Shown here in pieces: positions 53,541-64,000 of a stretch of DNA of 64,000 bases (the stretch's first letter is position 1; each line of letters begins with the position of its first letter). A model generated the notes under the pieces. It did no database searches and was not told where the DNA came from. It was given only the letters and a program-made list of their open reading frames with translations. A program made the translations under genes and the position numbers. Source of the stretch: Octopus vulgaris (taxonomy: Eukaryota); contig OX597829.1 in assembly GCA_951406725.2 (NCBI GenBank), forward strand, positions 25,978,001 through 26,042,000, given 5' to 3'.

Positions 53541-53613
53541 CAACCTTGACTCACCCACCCCAACCTTGACTCACCCACCCCAACCTTGACTCACCCCACC
53601 CCAACTCTACTCA
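53541..53613. repeat. 20-bp minisatellite, ~3.5 copies
   Basis: Unit CAACCTTGACTCACCCACCC. Confidence 0.9.
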
Positions 53614-53639
53614 TAAAAATAACATTATCATACCAGCTG

Positions 53640-53905
53640 AACCCTCACTATTGTTCCAAACACTGTACCTCATAACTGAAGATTTCTCCTAGTAAAAACA
53701 CATCCTTAGCATTACCAGCATACCAAAGACTAGTTTTTCTCATTTGTCTCAGGAGACATTTCATTTCCCAACAGCTGCTGAGATCCTACAATGATCAGTT
53801 AAGGCCCAACAGTGCAGCACTAATCTCATACCTGGGATGGTGCTGCTGGTAGCCACACTGACATCCTAGATTATATCCAGAGAAAGGCCACACAGCTGAT
53901 TGGTA
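53640..53905 (+). pseudogene. CR1-like LINE RT thumb relic
   Basis: ITEDFS**KHILSI..QQLLRSYNDQLRP..SHTWDGAAGSHTDILDYIQRKATQLIG matches the Y...VRP.LEY....W......L..IQR.A.RLI pattern. Confidence 0.65.
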
Positions 53906-53949
53906 CTCTATCACCAACAGGTATACTCATACATGTACATACACTGTAC

Positions 53950-54365
53950 AAATATTTTGTTGGCATCCTTTTGTCTTGGGAGACAATGGAGTTGCATGTA
54001 AATTAATCCAGTCTGGTTTTTACATTTCATGTCCTCTCCAGTTTTGTGCAGGCCTGGGCTAAATGTAAGAGAATCCTGGGCAACCCAATCATCAGGATTC
54101 CTCTCTTGACCTTGCTGATGTAGTCCAAAGGAGTGCAGAGCATTACGTTTGGCAACAGCTTGGTTGCAGGAGCTGCCAGAAGAGTGTTGAGTCAAACACT
54201 AAACTGCCTACGAGGCTCCACTCCGGATTTCTTTGAAGGTTGTTGCCTTTCCGTAACCCTGGATAGGGGCCCATACCGGGTACTGTCAGCTGGAGCCAGC
54301 TGAGCCTGGACTCGTGTAATTCAGGGTTGTCACTCCCTGAAGTAGTGAAGAAAATCACTACCCAA
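53950..54365. mobile_element. GC-richer interspersed repeat fragment, family uncertain (possibly Ingi/Vingi-like)
   Basis: Composition differs from the flanks. CGTTTGGCAACAGCTTGGTTGCAGGAG and CTCCACTCCGGATTT resemble remembered LINE UTR sequence only. Confidence 0.25.
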
Positions 54366-54419
54366 TACCATGACAAATATGTGTGTGCTTATATATATAT
54401 GTTTGTGTGTATGCATTAA

Positions 54420-55130
54420 TCATTAGCAATGGAAGCAGTATTAATACTAAAAAGGTAATCTTTATATCCAATTAAACATGGTTGCCTTGTTAGAACACCA
54501 AATATTATGTTATTTAGCTTTGAAAGATCCTCACATATAGTCACTTAGTGCATAAAAGCACACACATAAATTGTAGCAGACAAGAACTGTCTGCCATGAA
54601 CACCGGAATTTCCATATCACATGACTTCATTCTACTAGAAATCATCACTGGGAAGTGTTTAGACACTGCATGCCAGTCAAATCTTGCTATCATATATAGA
54701 ATTTCAACTTCTTTCCAGACACTGATGTTGCAAAAAGCTAGCAAGCTTATTAAAAATTTATTAGCATTAGAAGCCGTATTAATGCCAAAAAGTAATCTTC
54801 GTATCCAACTTAACATGGATGCCTTGTTAGAACTCTGAATATTGTGTGATTAACCTTGAGAGAGATCTTCTCAATAAGCCTTTTGGCTATTTACAACATC
54901 AGTATCTGAAAAGGTGCTGATGTTCTATATATTGTAGCAAACCAACAAGTAGTGACCAGCGCTTACCAGTAGACCAAAATCACATGGTATGAGAATTCCA
55001 GCGCACATGACAAATAATTCTCGTTTATGTGTGTGCTTTTATGCATCAAACACTTGTATGAAAACAATGCTGAACATTGGGACATCCAATGCAGAAGTTC
55101 CAAACAACCACGCTGGTGCCATGTACATAG
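54420..55130. repeat. Old tandem plus inverted duplication forming a fold-back
   Basis: Inverted arms at ~54549-54753 and ~54871-55045. Direct repeat at 54421-54530 / 54760-54870. Confidence 0.8.
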
Positions 55131-55271
55131 GGAACAAATAATATAAACTAATGTTTATCATAATTTCTTCTACATTTGCTTCCTATATCATAACTTGTAA
55201 TACTAATAAGTATAATAGTAAACAAACCACTCTACAGGAAGCAGACTGGATGATGACAATCTACATGAACT

Positions 55272-55309
<38 letters not shown>

Positions 55310-55994
55310 CCTTTTTACATTGACATTTCTGTGATACATGATCCCTATTGATCGGCCCCACTTTTCTTGTGTTTTTTTTTACAATCCCTTTTGATTGGAA
55401 TTCACACCCCCTTCTTTTTTTTCTCTTTTTCATGATCCCTTCTGATTGGAATTCGCCACCCCCTTCCCCTTCTCTTCTTCCCCAAAAGGAAAGCTCTACT
55501 TTGTATTTTGTCCCTTCTGTGTTTAGCCTGTGTGGCCAATAAAGAATCTATCTATCTACACACACACATGTGTATATAGATATAGATATAGATATATAGT
55601 CAGTTGAGGTGTGTTCTGTTAAGAACATATTAGAGTACAAATAGAGCTCATTCATCCTTAGAATTCCCAAATAGCTGGTAGTATTATTATGTGCAGAATA
55701 ACATGCAAAACTAAATGAATAAACAGACAACATGCACATTGCCGCTCATGTCAAACATGATAACACACTCATAGCGAGCAGATTGAAACTGTCAGCGTTT
55801 GTTAGCTTCAAAGGAGAGATTTACTTATGGAGACAGCGATTATTATACAGGTAAATCATTACCTAATTTAATGTAATTTAAATTTAAAATCCTGTATATA
55901 TATATTAGAGCTATATGTATCGAAACATTTGTAGTAATCATTAAAAAGCTGCCTAACCATACTTACTCTTCCTTTTGACTCTTTTATTCTTTAC

Positions 55995-56056
<62 letters not shown>

Positions 56057-56090
56057 GTATAGGAGAGCTGTGACTCCATCAATTCCTAGG

Positions 56091-56130
56091 GATATCTGAA
56101 GAAGGAATTTTTATTCCGAAATATCATATC
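56091..56130 (+). ncRNA. Minimal type I hammerhead ribozyme in a Penelope-like LTR relic (~56060-56220)
   Basis: Stem I GATAT/ATATC, core CTGAAGA plus A, stem II GGAAT-TTTT-ATTCC, GAAA, palindromic ATAT stem III. Predicted cleavage after C56125. Confidence 0.65.
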
Positions 56131-56268
56131 GGACTATGGATGATTAAGTTACAACAGTTATTATAGGCCATTGTTTGTATTATAGTGCATTGTTGTGTCA
56201 TTCAAAACATTTTATTCTTAATATATGTATGTATATATCTATGTATATATGTATGTATATATCTGCAG

Positions 56269-56299
<31 letters not shown>

Positions 56300-56302
56300 T
56301 AT

Positions 56303-56780
56303 TGGTGAAGACCTGTTGAGGCAAGTGAAAATCAAAATCAAAGCATCAAACCAAATCAAAATCGATCCACATCAATGGAATTTGTAGTTTGTGGTACCAG
56401 TGCTGGTGGCACATAAGAGAACCATCCGAACATGGCCGTAGCCAGCACCGCATCGACTGGCCTCCATGCTGGTGGCACGTAACAAACACCATCCGATCGT
56501 GGCCGTGCCAGCCTCGCCTGTCCTCCATGCCGGTGGCATGTAAAAAATACCATCCGAGCATGGCCGTTTGCCAGCCTCGTCTGGCACCTGTGTCGGTGGC
56601 ACATAAAAAGCACCCACTACACTCACGGAGTGGTTGGTGTTAGGAAGGGCATCCAGCTGTAGAAACACCGCCAGATCTGACTGGCTTGGTGCAGCCTTCA
56701 GGCTTCCTAGACCCCAGTTGAACCGTCCAACCCATGCTAGCATGGAAAGCGGACGTTAAATGATGATGATGATGATGATG
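56303..56780 (+). mobile_element. Young RTE 3' UTR insertion with internal ~61-66 bp tandem repeats and (GAT)n tail
   Basis: 10-bp TSD ATATTCATAT (56293-56302, 56781-56790). GGTGGCA units at 56405, 56471, 56532 and 56595. Confidence 0.85.
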
Positions 56781-57536
56781 ATATTCATATATTTAGATAG
56801 ATAGAAAACAATTTATAATTATAAATTTCTTACTCTTTCTGAAGAATCTCTAATACGAAATACTTTACACATGTATCTAACATGTAAACCTTTGTTATAT
56901 TTATTAGCAAATGAAACACGTGTAATGGAGAATAAATAATAGTAGAAAAACTTCCAGTTTCCTGTCTGCAAATAATATCTTCATGATTCTCAGATTTAAT
57001 ATATATTTTGACAAAAATATAGTGGCAACCATAGATATATATTGATTGCAATAATGGAATAAACAGATGTACTTCAAGCGGAAACAGCTGGGATTTACCC
57101 TAACTATCTCTATAATAATACGCGCGCGTGCACACACACACACATGCACATAAACATTTGTAATGGCCATCATTTAAGTGCACATATGCTCTGTTTCTGC
57201 TTATATGAATGAGAACACTGACAATAGTGAATATATAAACACATAAGTGAAAAGAATGTACATACATTTTTTTTAAGTGCACAGATTAGTAGATATACCA
57301 ACAAATCTAAAATAGTTGTGGGTTTGTAACTGATAATAAATATATATTCACTATGTAAGGAATTTTCATATACAATACTTACATACTAATTAATACATTT
57401 ACTGGAATATAAACTATCAATATGATCCACTAAACAAAGACTAATATACAAGTATTTGTTAGCCTAAATACATACATATATATGTATGCATGTGCACGCA
57501 CGCACACATGCATATGTACATATGTGTGTATGTATA

Positions 57537-57930
57537 GTTTGTCCATCGATGCGACAAAGACCATCTATTCATCCAGGGGTGGAGGTGGGCTTGTTTTGTG
57601 AGTCCACAGATGGCTAGTGAGGCCAATCTGCACCCGAAAAAGTCTTTGACAGTGTAGACAGGGAATGGTAGTGCTTGCTACAGGGTTGTTAGCTCTGTTC
57701 TTCCTGACTTGTCTGCGGTCTTCTACAGCAGTGATTCTATTGGTCTGACATGTGTTGGCACCCTTATGGACAGCTGATCACCACCCTTCTCTGTCTAGAG
57801 CAGACTGCTCCCAAGTGTCATGGTCAATGTTGAAGGCTTTCAGTGTGTCCTTAAAGCACTTCTTCTGGCCGCCTTGTGAGCACTTTCCCATTTGCAGCTC
57901 GCTAAAGAATAATCTTTTTGGTAATCTACA
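57537..57930 (-). pseudogene. RTE-BovB-like LINE C-terminus with a C2H2 zinc finger
   Basis: RLPKRLFFSELQMGKCSQGGQKKCFKDTLK...IPCLHCQRLFRVQIGLTSHLWTH. Confidence 0.85.
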
Positions 57931-57934
57931 TGTT

Positions 57935-58898
57935 AATAGAAAGCTCTGAGATGATTGTAACATTCCTCATCAAAGCAGTCTATTATGGACCAACAACCAG
58001 ATTACTACCTCCCACTTTGAAGGGCATACGTTTTTAATTCAGAAACAGGAAATATCAACCAAATACCTGATGCACAAATGGGATAGAGATATAGGAAAAG
58101 CAGTAAATTGTGATAACCGATGCAGACTTTGTGGAGTTAAGACCGAAGATATCACCCACATCATAATCAGTTGTCTGAAAATGTCATCATGGTATTATCT
58201 ACAAATGAGACATGATGTTGGAGCTAGGACACTATATAATGAAATCCATTGGAAGGATGATCACAAGGACAAAGAAATAAAACCCACAGTTTGGTAGAAG
58301 CCATAGCCACTCATAATAAAAAAGAGTACTGGTAGAATGTACCAGTGAAAACCTCAATAAAATGTAAACACAAGAGACTTGACATTATGATTTAGGATAG
58401 AGAAGAGAAACTGTGTACGGTTGTGGAAATCAGCTGTCCGGTGGATGTTAACATAAAGCTGAAGATTAGCAAAAAAAAGAATACCTATGCTGAACTATTG
58501 AGAAATCTGCAGTTACTCTATCCAGATTCCAAGTTCAGGTTTATACTTGTAATTCTTGGGGCCCTGGGATATGTAACACACTGCCTAAATACCAAGCTTA
58601 AGAAATTAGTCTTCTCAAAACCAGAAAGGAGAAAGCTGATTCGAAGACTACAGGTCCAAGCCATCACTGGAACTGTAAAAATCTGTAAAACTTTCCAGAA
58701 ATTTATTATTTAAGTATATATGAACATGTCTAGATATGCATTAGAAGACATACATAAAACAAAACATTCAAATCTGCACATTACATACACACACACACAC
58801 TATTGTTGATGTTGAAATTCTAATGACGGAGCCTTGGATCTCAATTAGAAACCAGCTCTTTTTCTATTGGCAAGAAATCTTGAAATAAAACTGAATAA
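57935..58898 (+). pseudogene. R4/Dong LINE 3' end: CCHC knuckle, restriction-like endonuclease and 3' UTR
   Basis: CRLCGVKTEDITHIIISC..MRHDV, RLDIMI*DREEKLCTVVEISCP.D..K..Y, ILVILGALG. Stop at 58711-58713. Confidence 0.9.
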
Positions 58899-58924
58899 TG
58901 ACATGCATACGTACTCTATGTATG

Positions 58925-59910
58925 TGATGCACCTGATCATATCAGTGATGTTTCTTGGAATCATTAAGTGTTTTGGATCTTTTAACATCAGACAGCCTCT
59001 CCAGGTGACCCAGCTATGGTTGATGATGCCCAGCTTGTATCCACTTAACACTACCCCATTCCAGGGTTTCCAGCTACCTTGAGGCAACCTCTGCTGTCTC
59101 CACAGCCAATTTGACAGCCTTCGACCTACTTGCTCTTGTGATGTCAAGCATGTTGTAAGCCCTGTAGGGGGACTGATCTGCACAACTTTCTGCATTTCCA
59201 CCTTGGTGGGATCATGCCTTTCTTGACACCCATTACACAAGCATAGCTTCACTAACTCAGTATAATTCATTCTTTTGCTCTTATTTGCCTACTCAGTGTG
59301 GTCTCCCCATGGAATGGAAAGTTCTATCAGATCCACCTGCTTGAATGCTTCTGTGATCAGCACCATATCTAGCCTTAATGCCATTGCAGCAAAAGTTTCT
59401 TATATCTTTATTGCTCACAAGGGGCTAAACATAGAGGGGACAAACAAAGAGGTTAAGTCGATTACATCCATCCCAGTGCATAACTAGTACTTAATTTATC
59501 GACCCCGAAAGGATGAAAGGCAAAGTCGACCTTGGTGGAATTTGAACTCAGAACATAATGGCAGACGAAATACTGCTTAGCATTTTGCCCGGCATGCTAA
59601 TGTTTCTGCTAGCTTGCCGCCTTAATTTTGCAGCAAAAGTTTCTAAGCACTTCAGCTGCTTTCCTAGGTCAACTTTCGGCTCTCAGTCTTTTACTGTTGC
59701 AAATGGGCCCAAGAAGGCAGACCTAGAAACTGGCATCTTTCTTCATGCCTGCCTTGATGAAGTTGATAAATTTGTTGGGCAGAGGTGCTTTGGACATTGT
59801 CTGCTATGAGCTTCAGAACCTGGTTGTGTCTCCAGCTGTGTCATCCCTGATTGGATGACGACATCAACAACCACCTCCCACTCCCAACAGAACAAATTGC
59901 TTAGGCTTGG
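58925..59910 (-). pseudogene. Hero-clade (R2-group) LINE 3' relic
   Basis: D*EPKVDLGKQLK, LRLDMVLITEAFKQVDLIELSIPWGD..K...Y.ELV and ETAEVASR*L match the Hero restriction-like endonuclease pattern. Confidence 0.8.
59401..59627 (-). mobile_element. SINE A nested in Hero, with a 17-bp TSD
   Basis: TTGCAGCAAAAGTTTCT at 59384-59400 and 59628-59644. Confidence 0.92.
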
Positions 59911-60082
59911 TAAGATATCATGAATTGTATTTCCACATGATATCTATTTACTGTTAAGTTAAATGTGTACATAAAAATAATGCAGGATCACAAGGAGACA
60001 ATGTTTATTTAATAAGATGATGCATACCATGTAATATCAAATGGTATCTATGGCAACAATAAGTGACCTTTTATTCTACATA

Positions 60083-60450
60083 TAGGCACAGGCATGGCTG
60101 TTTGATAAGAAGTTTGCTTTCCAACCACATGGTTCTGGGTTTAGTCCCACTGTGTGGAACCTTGGGCAAGAGTCTTTTACTAAAGTCTCAGGCTGACCAA
60201 AATTTTCTAAGTGGATTTCGCACATGGAGACTGAAAGTAGCCCATTGTATATGTGTGTGTGAGTGTCTGTGTTTCTGTTTGCACCCCCCACCTCATTACT
60301 TGGCAATTAGTGTTGGTGTTTTTACATCCTATAACTTAGCAGTTCAGTAAAAAGGACCAATAGAATAAGTAACAGGCTGAATGAACAATATTAAGTACTG
60401 GGATCAATATGTTCAAACTAAAATTCTTCAAGGCAGTGCTCTGGTATGGT
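60083..60450 (+). mobile_element. SINE B, diverged
   Basis: Head GGCACAGGCATGGCTG through the GGCAGTGCTC region. Confidence 0.75.
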
Positions 60451-60507
60451 CAAAACAGCAGAATACAATGATGTGACACAAACCATTGAACTAGGATCCT
60501 TATCCTT

Positions 60508-60875
60508 CATCTTTTACTTGTTTCAGTCATTAGAATGTGGCCATGCTGAGGCACCACCTTGAAGAATTTTTAGTTGAATGAACTGATCCCACTACTTATT
60601 TTTTTGTTAAGCCTTGTACTTATTCTCTTAATGTCTTTTGCTGAACTGCTAAGTTATGGGGACATAAACATACTAATACCAGTTGTCAAGCTGTGGTAGG
60701 GGACAAACACAGACAGAAAACCATATACACATTGAGATAGATAGATAGATAGTTATGAGATGGGCTTCTTTCAGTTCCCATCTACCAAATCCACTCTCAA
60801 GGCTTTGGTCGGCCCAAGGCTATAGAAGACACTTGCCACTTGGTGGGACTGAACCCAGAACTATGTCGTTAGAAA
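60508..60875 (-). mobile_element. SINE B, diverged
   Basis: Reverse copy, tail-to-tail with the previous one. Confidence 0.8.
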
Positions 60876-61326
60876 GCCACGGGAAAGTTTAACATTAAGT
60901 TGCATCTTTGTGAGAAGTGTAGGGTCTAATGCTTTTAGCTATGACAAAAAGAGAAAAAAGTAGTGCTGTTGCTTGGGTATAGAAGTAAGTAAATCTATAT
61001 TTAGCTACTTTGAATTTTCCTATTGACTGATTTTTGCCAACAAAGAGTATCATTAGTTCTTCAGATTCCAGACTTACCCAATGATTTTCAAGCTGGTTTC
61101 CCATCACTTTGACTGGGTGTTTGCTACAGTCATTATACCTTACTGTAGTTAACTTTGCTTCCATGTTTGGGACTTTTTTTCTAATTCTTTGACAGCTATG
61201 AGAACTAACACATCAATATGTAGTTGTTCTTGTAGATAATGAGTCTTAAATTCTTGTTATGGTCAGAAGAGCTATGCTTAACAATTGGGGACTAAGAATT
61301 GAGTCCCGACGAACACATACTTGTGT

Positions 61327-61750
61327 ACTCTTTTACTCTTTTGCTTGTTTCAGTCATTTGACTGCAGCCATGCTGGAGCACCGCTTTTAGTCGAGCAAAT
61401 TGACCCCAGGACTTATTCTTTGTAAGCCTAGTACTTATTCCATCAGTCTCTTTTGCCAAATCACTAAGTTACAAGGACATAAACACACCAGCATCGGTTG
61501 GTTGTCAAGCAATGTTGGTGGTGGGGGGAGACAAACACAGACACACACACACACGCACACACACATATATATACATATACATATATATGACAGGCTTCTT
61601 TCAGTTTTCGTCTACAAAATCCACTCACAAGGCTTTGGTCGCCCCAAGGCTATAGTAGAAGACACTTGCCCAAGGTGCCATGCAGTGAAATTAAACCCGG
61701 AACTGTGTAGTTGGTAAGCAAGGTACTTACCACACAGCCACTCCTGCACC
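61327..61750 (-). mobile_element. SINE B
   Basis: Full reverse copy. Confidence 0.88.
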
Positions 61751-61769
61751 TATGTACTAAATTTTTTTT

Positions 61770-62620
61770 GTTGAGCTCATTGTTAACTCTCACCTTGCTG
61801 AAGTCATTTCTGCATATGACTTGCATGAATCTCACAGACCAATAATCTCATTCTAGTTTTCCTAGTAACCATCTGACTACAGTGCATGGTTCCTTGTTAA
61901 AGGCCTTTACCATTTCATCAAATGCTAGATACAGATGTTTACCCTTAGCTAAGAACTTCTAGAGTTCTTTCATTAGTAAAAAGGCATCTGTGGTATCCTG
62001 TCCTGGTACAAACCAAAACTACATCTCATCTATTCTCTTCCTAATTAATTGAGCTATAACTCTTTCTGCTTCTTATTTGAATTAATTGAGCTATAACTTT
62101 GTCTGTTACTTTTATATTCTGGTTCATCAGTTTGATAGTTCTATAAAATATCTCATTTGCCCATGTACTTCACAGTATCCATGATGGATCTGCTGCTTAC
62201 TCTCCCTTCATATACTTAATGACCATTTAACTGTTAATTTCAATAATTTGTCCCTATGTTCGTTCGCCAGCCTCGTCTGGCACCTGTGTCGGTGGCACAA
62301 AAAACACCATCCGAGCGTGGCCGTTCGCCAGCCTTGTCTGGCACCTGTGTCGGTGGCACATAAAAAGCACCCACTACACTCACGGAGTGGTTGGCATTAG
62401 GAAGGGCATCCAGCTGTAGAAACACCGCCAGATCTGACTGGCCTGGTGCAGCCTTCAGTCTTCCCAGACCCCAGTTGAACCGTCCAACCCATGCTAGCAT
62501 GGAAAGCGGACGTTAAACGATGATGATGATGTTCCATTATTGCCTTGTGAACTCAAGTATTATGGCTTCAATTTTCTTGCCTTCTGAGGCACAATAATTT
62601 AAATGCCTGTTCTTTCAACT
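61770..62620 (-). pseudogene. RTE RT relic (domains 1-3), interrupted by a young RTE tail
   Basis: ERVIAQLIRKRIDEM*FWFVPGQDTTDAFLLMKEL*KFLAKGKHLYLAFDEMVKAF. Confidence 0.75.
62260..62531 (+). mobile_element. Young RTE 3' tail, near-identical to 56515-56780
   Basis: Two 61-bp units, the AAGGGCATCC tail and (GAT)n. Confidence 0.85.
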
Positions 62621-62839
62621 AGATCTGAATGGATAATTTTATGTAGCATCCAAATATTATTGCTTTGTTATTAACACACACACACACACACACACACACA
62701 TGCGCATGCATGCATGCACACAAACACATGCATGCACATGTTTGAACAACAAACTTGAATGAAACGCTCAAATATGTAGTCATGAACATTCAGACACTAA
62801 AACTTACATGTTCATATATTCACATATGTGCGCACACAT

Positions 62840-63250
62840 ACTCTTTACTCTTTTACTTGTTTCAGTCATTTGACTGCGGCCATGCTGGAGCACCGCCTTT
62901 AGTTGAGCAAATTGACTCCAGGACTTATTCTTTGTAAGCCCAGTACTTATTCTATCGGTCTCTTTTGCCGAACCGCTAAGTGACGGGGACGTAAACACAC
63001 CAGCATCGGTTGTCAAGCAATGCTAAGGGGGACAAACACAGACACACAAACATATACACACACACTTATATATATATACATATATATGACAGGCTTCTTT
63101 CAGTTTCCGTCTACCAAATCCACTCACAAGGCATTGGTCGGCCCGGGGCTATAGCAGAAGACACTTGCCCAAGATGCCATGCAGTGGGACTGAACCCGGA
63201 ACCATGTGGTTGGTTAGCAAGCTACTTACCACACAGCCACTCCTGCGCCT
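62840..63250 (-). mobile_element. SINE B, young subfamily
   Basis: Full reverse copy, followed by a short ACCCACATATATACACAC repeat. Confidence 0.9.
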
Positions 63251-63581
63251 ATACCCACATATATACACACACACACACCAATACCCACATATATACACAC
63301 ACACACCAATACCCACATATATATACACACACACACACACACACATATGCACTCATACTTCTACGCCTGTATGCACATTTTTGAGCAAGAACTGAAAGGA
63401 AGTTAATGTATAAGCAAAAAGCTAGTTGTGTCTGTCTGTGTTGTATCTCACATACTTTTGTTGGAGGAAATGAAATTGCACAAGATTTTTGTGTACACTG
63501 ACTACCATCAGAGGAAACATTTGTATGTACTAAGGGGAGCTATTAGGATATATTTGAGTCAGTAATATATGAGACTAACTT

Positions 63582-63790
63582 TAAGGACAGATTGTTAGCA
63601 CACTGGGCAAAATGATTAGCTGCATTTTAATCTGTCTTTATGTTCTTAGTTCATATTCCACCAAAGTTGACACTGCCTTTCATCCTTTTGGGCCCAATAA
63701 GATCAGTACCAGTTGAGCACTAGGGGGGTCAATGTCATCGGCTTACCCCCTCCTCAGAACCCACTGGTCTTGTGCCAAAATTCGAAACCA
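63582..63790 (+). mobile_element. SINE A, old variant
   Basis: GCCTTTCATCCTTTTGGG core and GTGCCAAAATTCGAAACC tail. Confidence 0.7.
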
Positions 63791-63848
63791 ATAAGTGAGA
63801 CTTAAGAGAGACTATATGTGCAAATTTCTTAAAAGAACCTAGAGGTCC

Positions 63849-63881
<33 letters not shown>

Positions 63882-64000
63882 GGTGGGCATGCTTAACTGA
63901 ATGATAAATCATCTGTAATATAGCTTTTAGTATTATTTTATGAGGTCACTAAGAAGGAACATTGTTGTACATTAACCTCCATCTCTTTGACTAACTTATT

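Noticed and set aside
56400-56610. Regularly spaced repeats resembling a CRISPR array
   Set aside because: The whole unit is repeated with no unique spacers, there are no cas genes, and the context is a eukaryotic LINE 3' UTR.
56839-56862. CTGAAGA...CGAAA hammerhead-like string
   Set aside because: The intervening bases cannot form stem II.

Overview
This is AT-rich eukaryotic non-coding DNA. The repeat repertoire looks like an octopus or other coleoid cephalopod genome; that is an inference from memory of these families, not a search result. I cannot support any host protein-coding gene, rRNA, tRNA gene or CRISPR array. The long Y/I/H/T/M/C/V-rich ORFs in the ORF track are microsatellite artefacts. 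The window contains three tRNA-headed SINE families (called A, B and C here) and decayed LINEs of the RTE, R4/Dong, Hero, Tx1/L1 and CR1-like clades. It also contains a full-length decayed DD37D (maT) transposon, two mariner (DD34D) relics, piggyBac-like and hAT MITEs, several Penelope-like LTR relics inside (TA)n tracts, and a ~7.9 kb compound TA satellite. Best leads: (1) hammerhead-ribozyme motifs in the Penelope-like relics, one apparently intact at 56091-56130; (2) a dead mariner split into opposite orientations with a 271-bp inverted duplication; (3) a ~0.7 kb old fold-back at 54420-55130; (4) a SINE-poor, CpG-retaining domain (16.4-31.7 kb) with candidate minus-strand exons and a 61-nt hairpin covering an ATG. 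Boundaries of decayed elements are approximate and identities were counted by hand.
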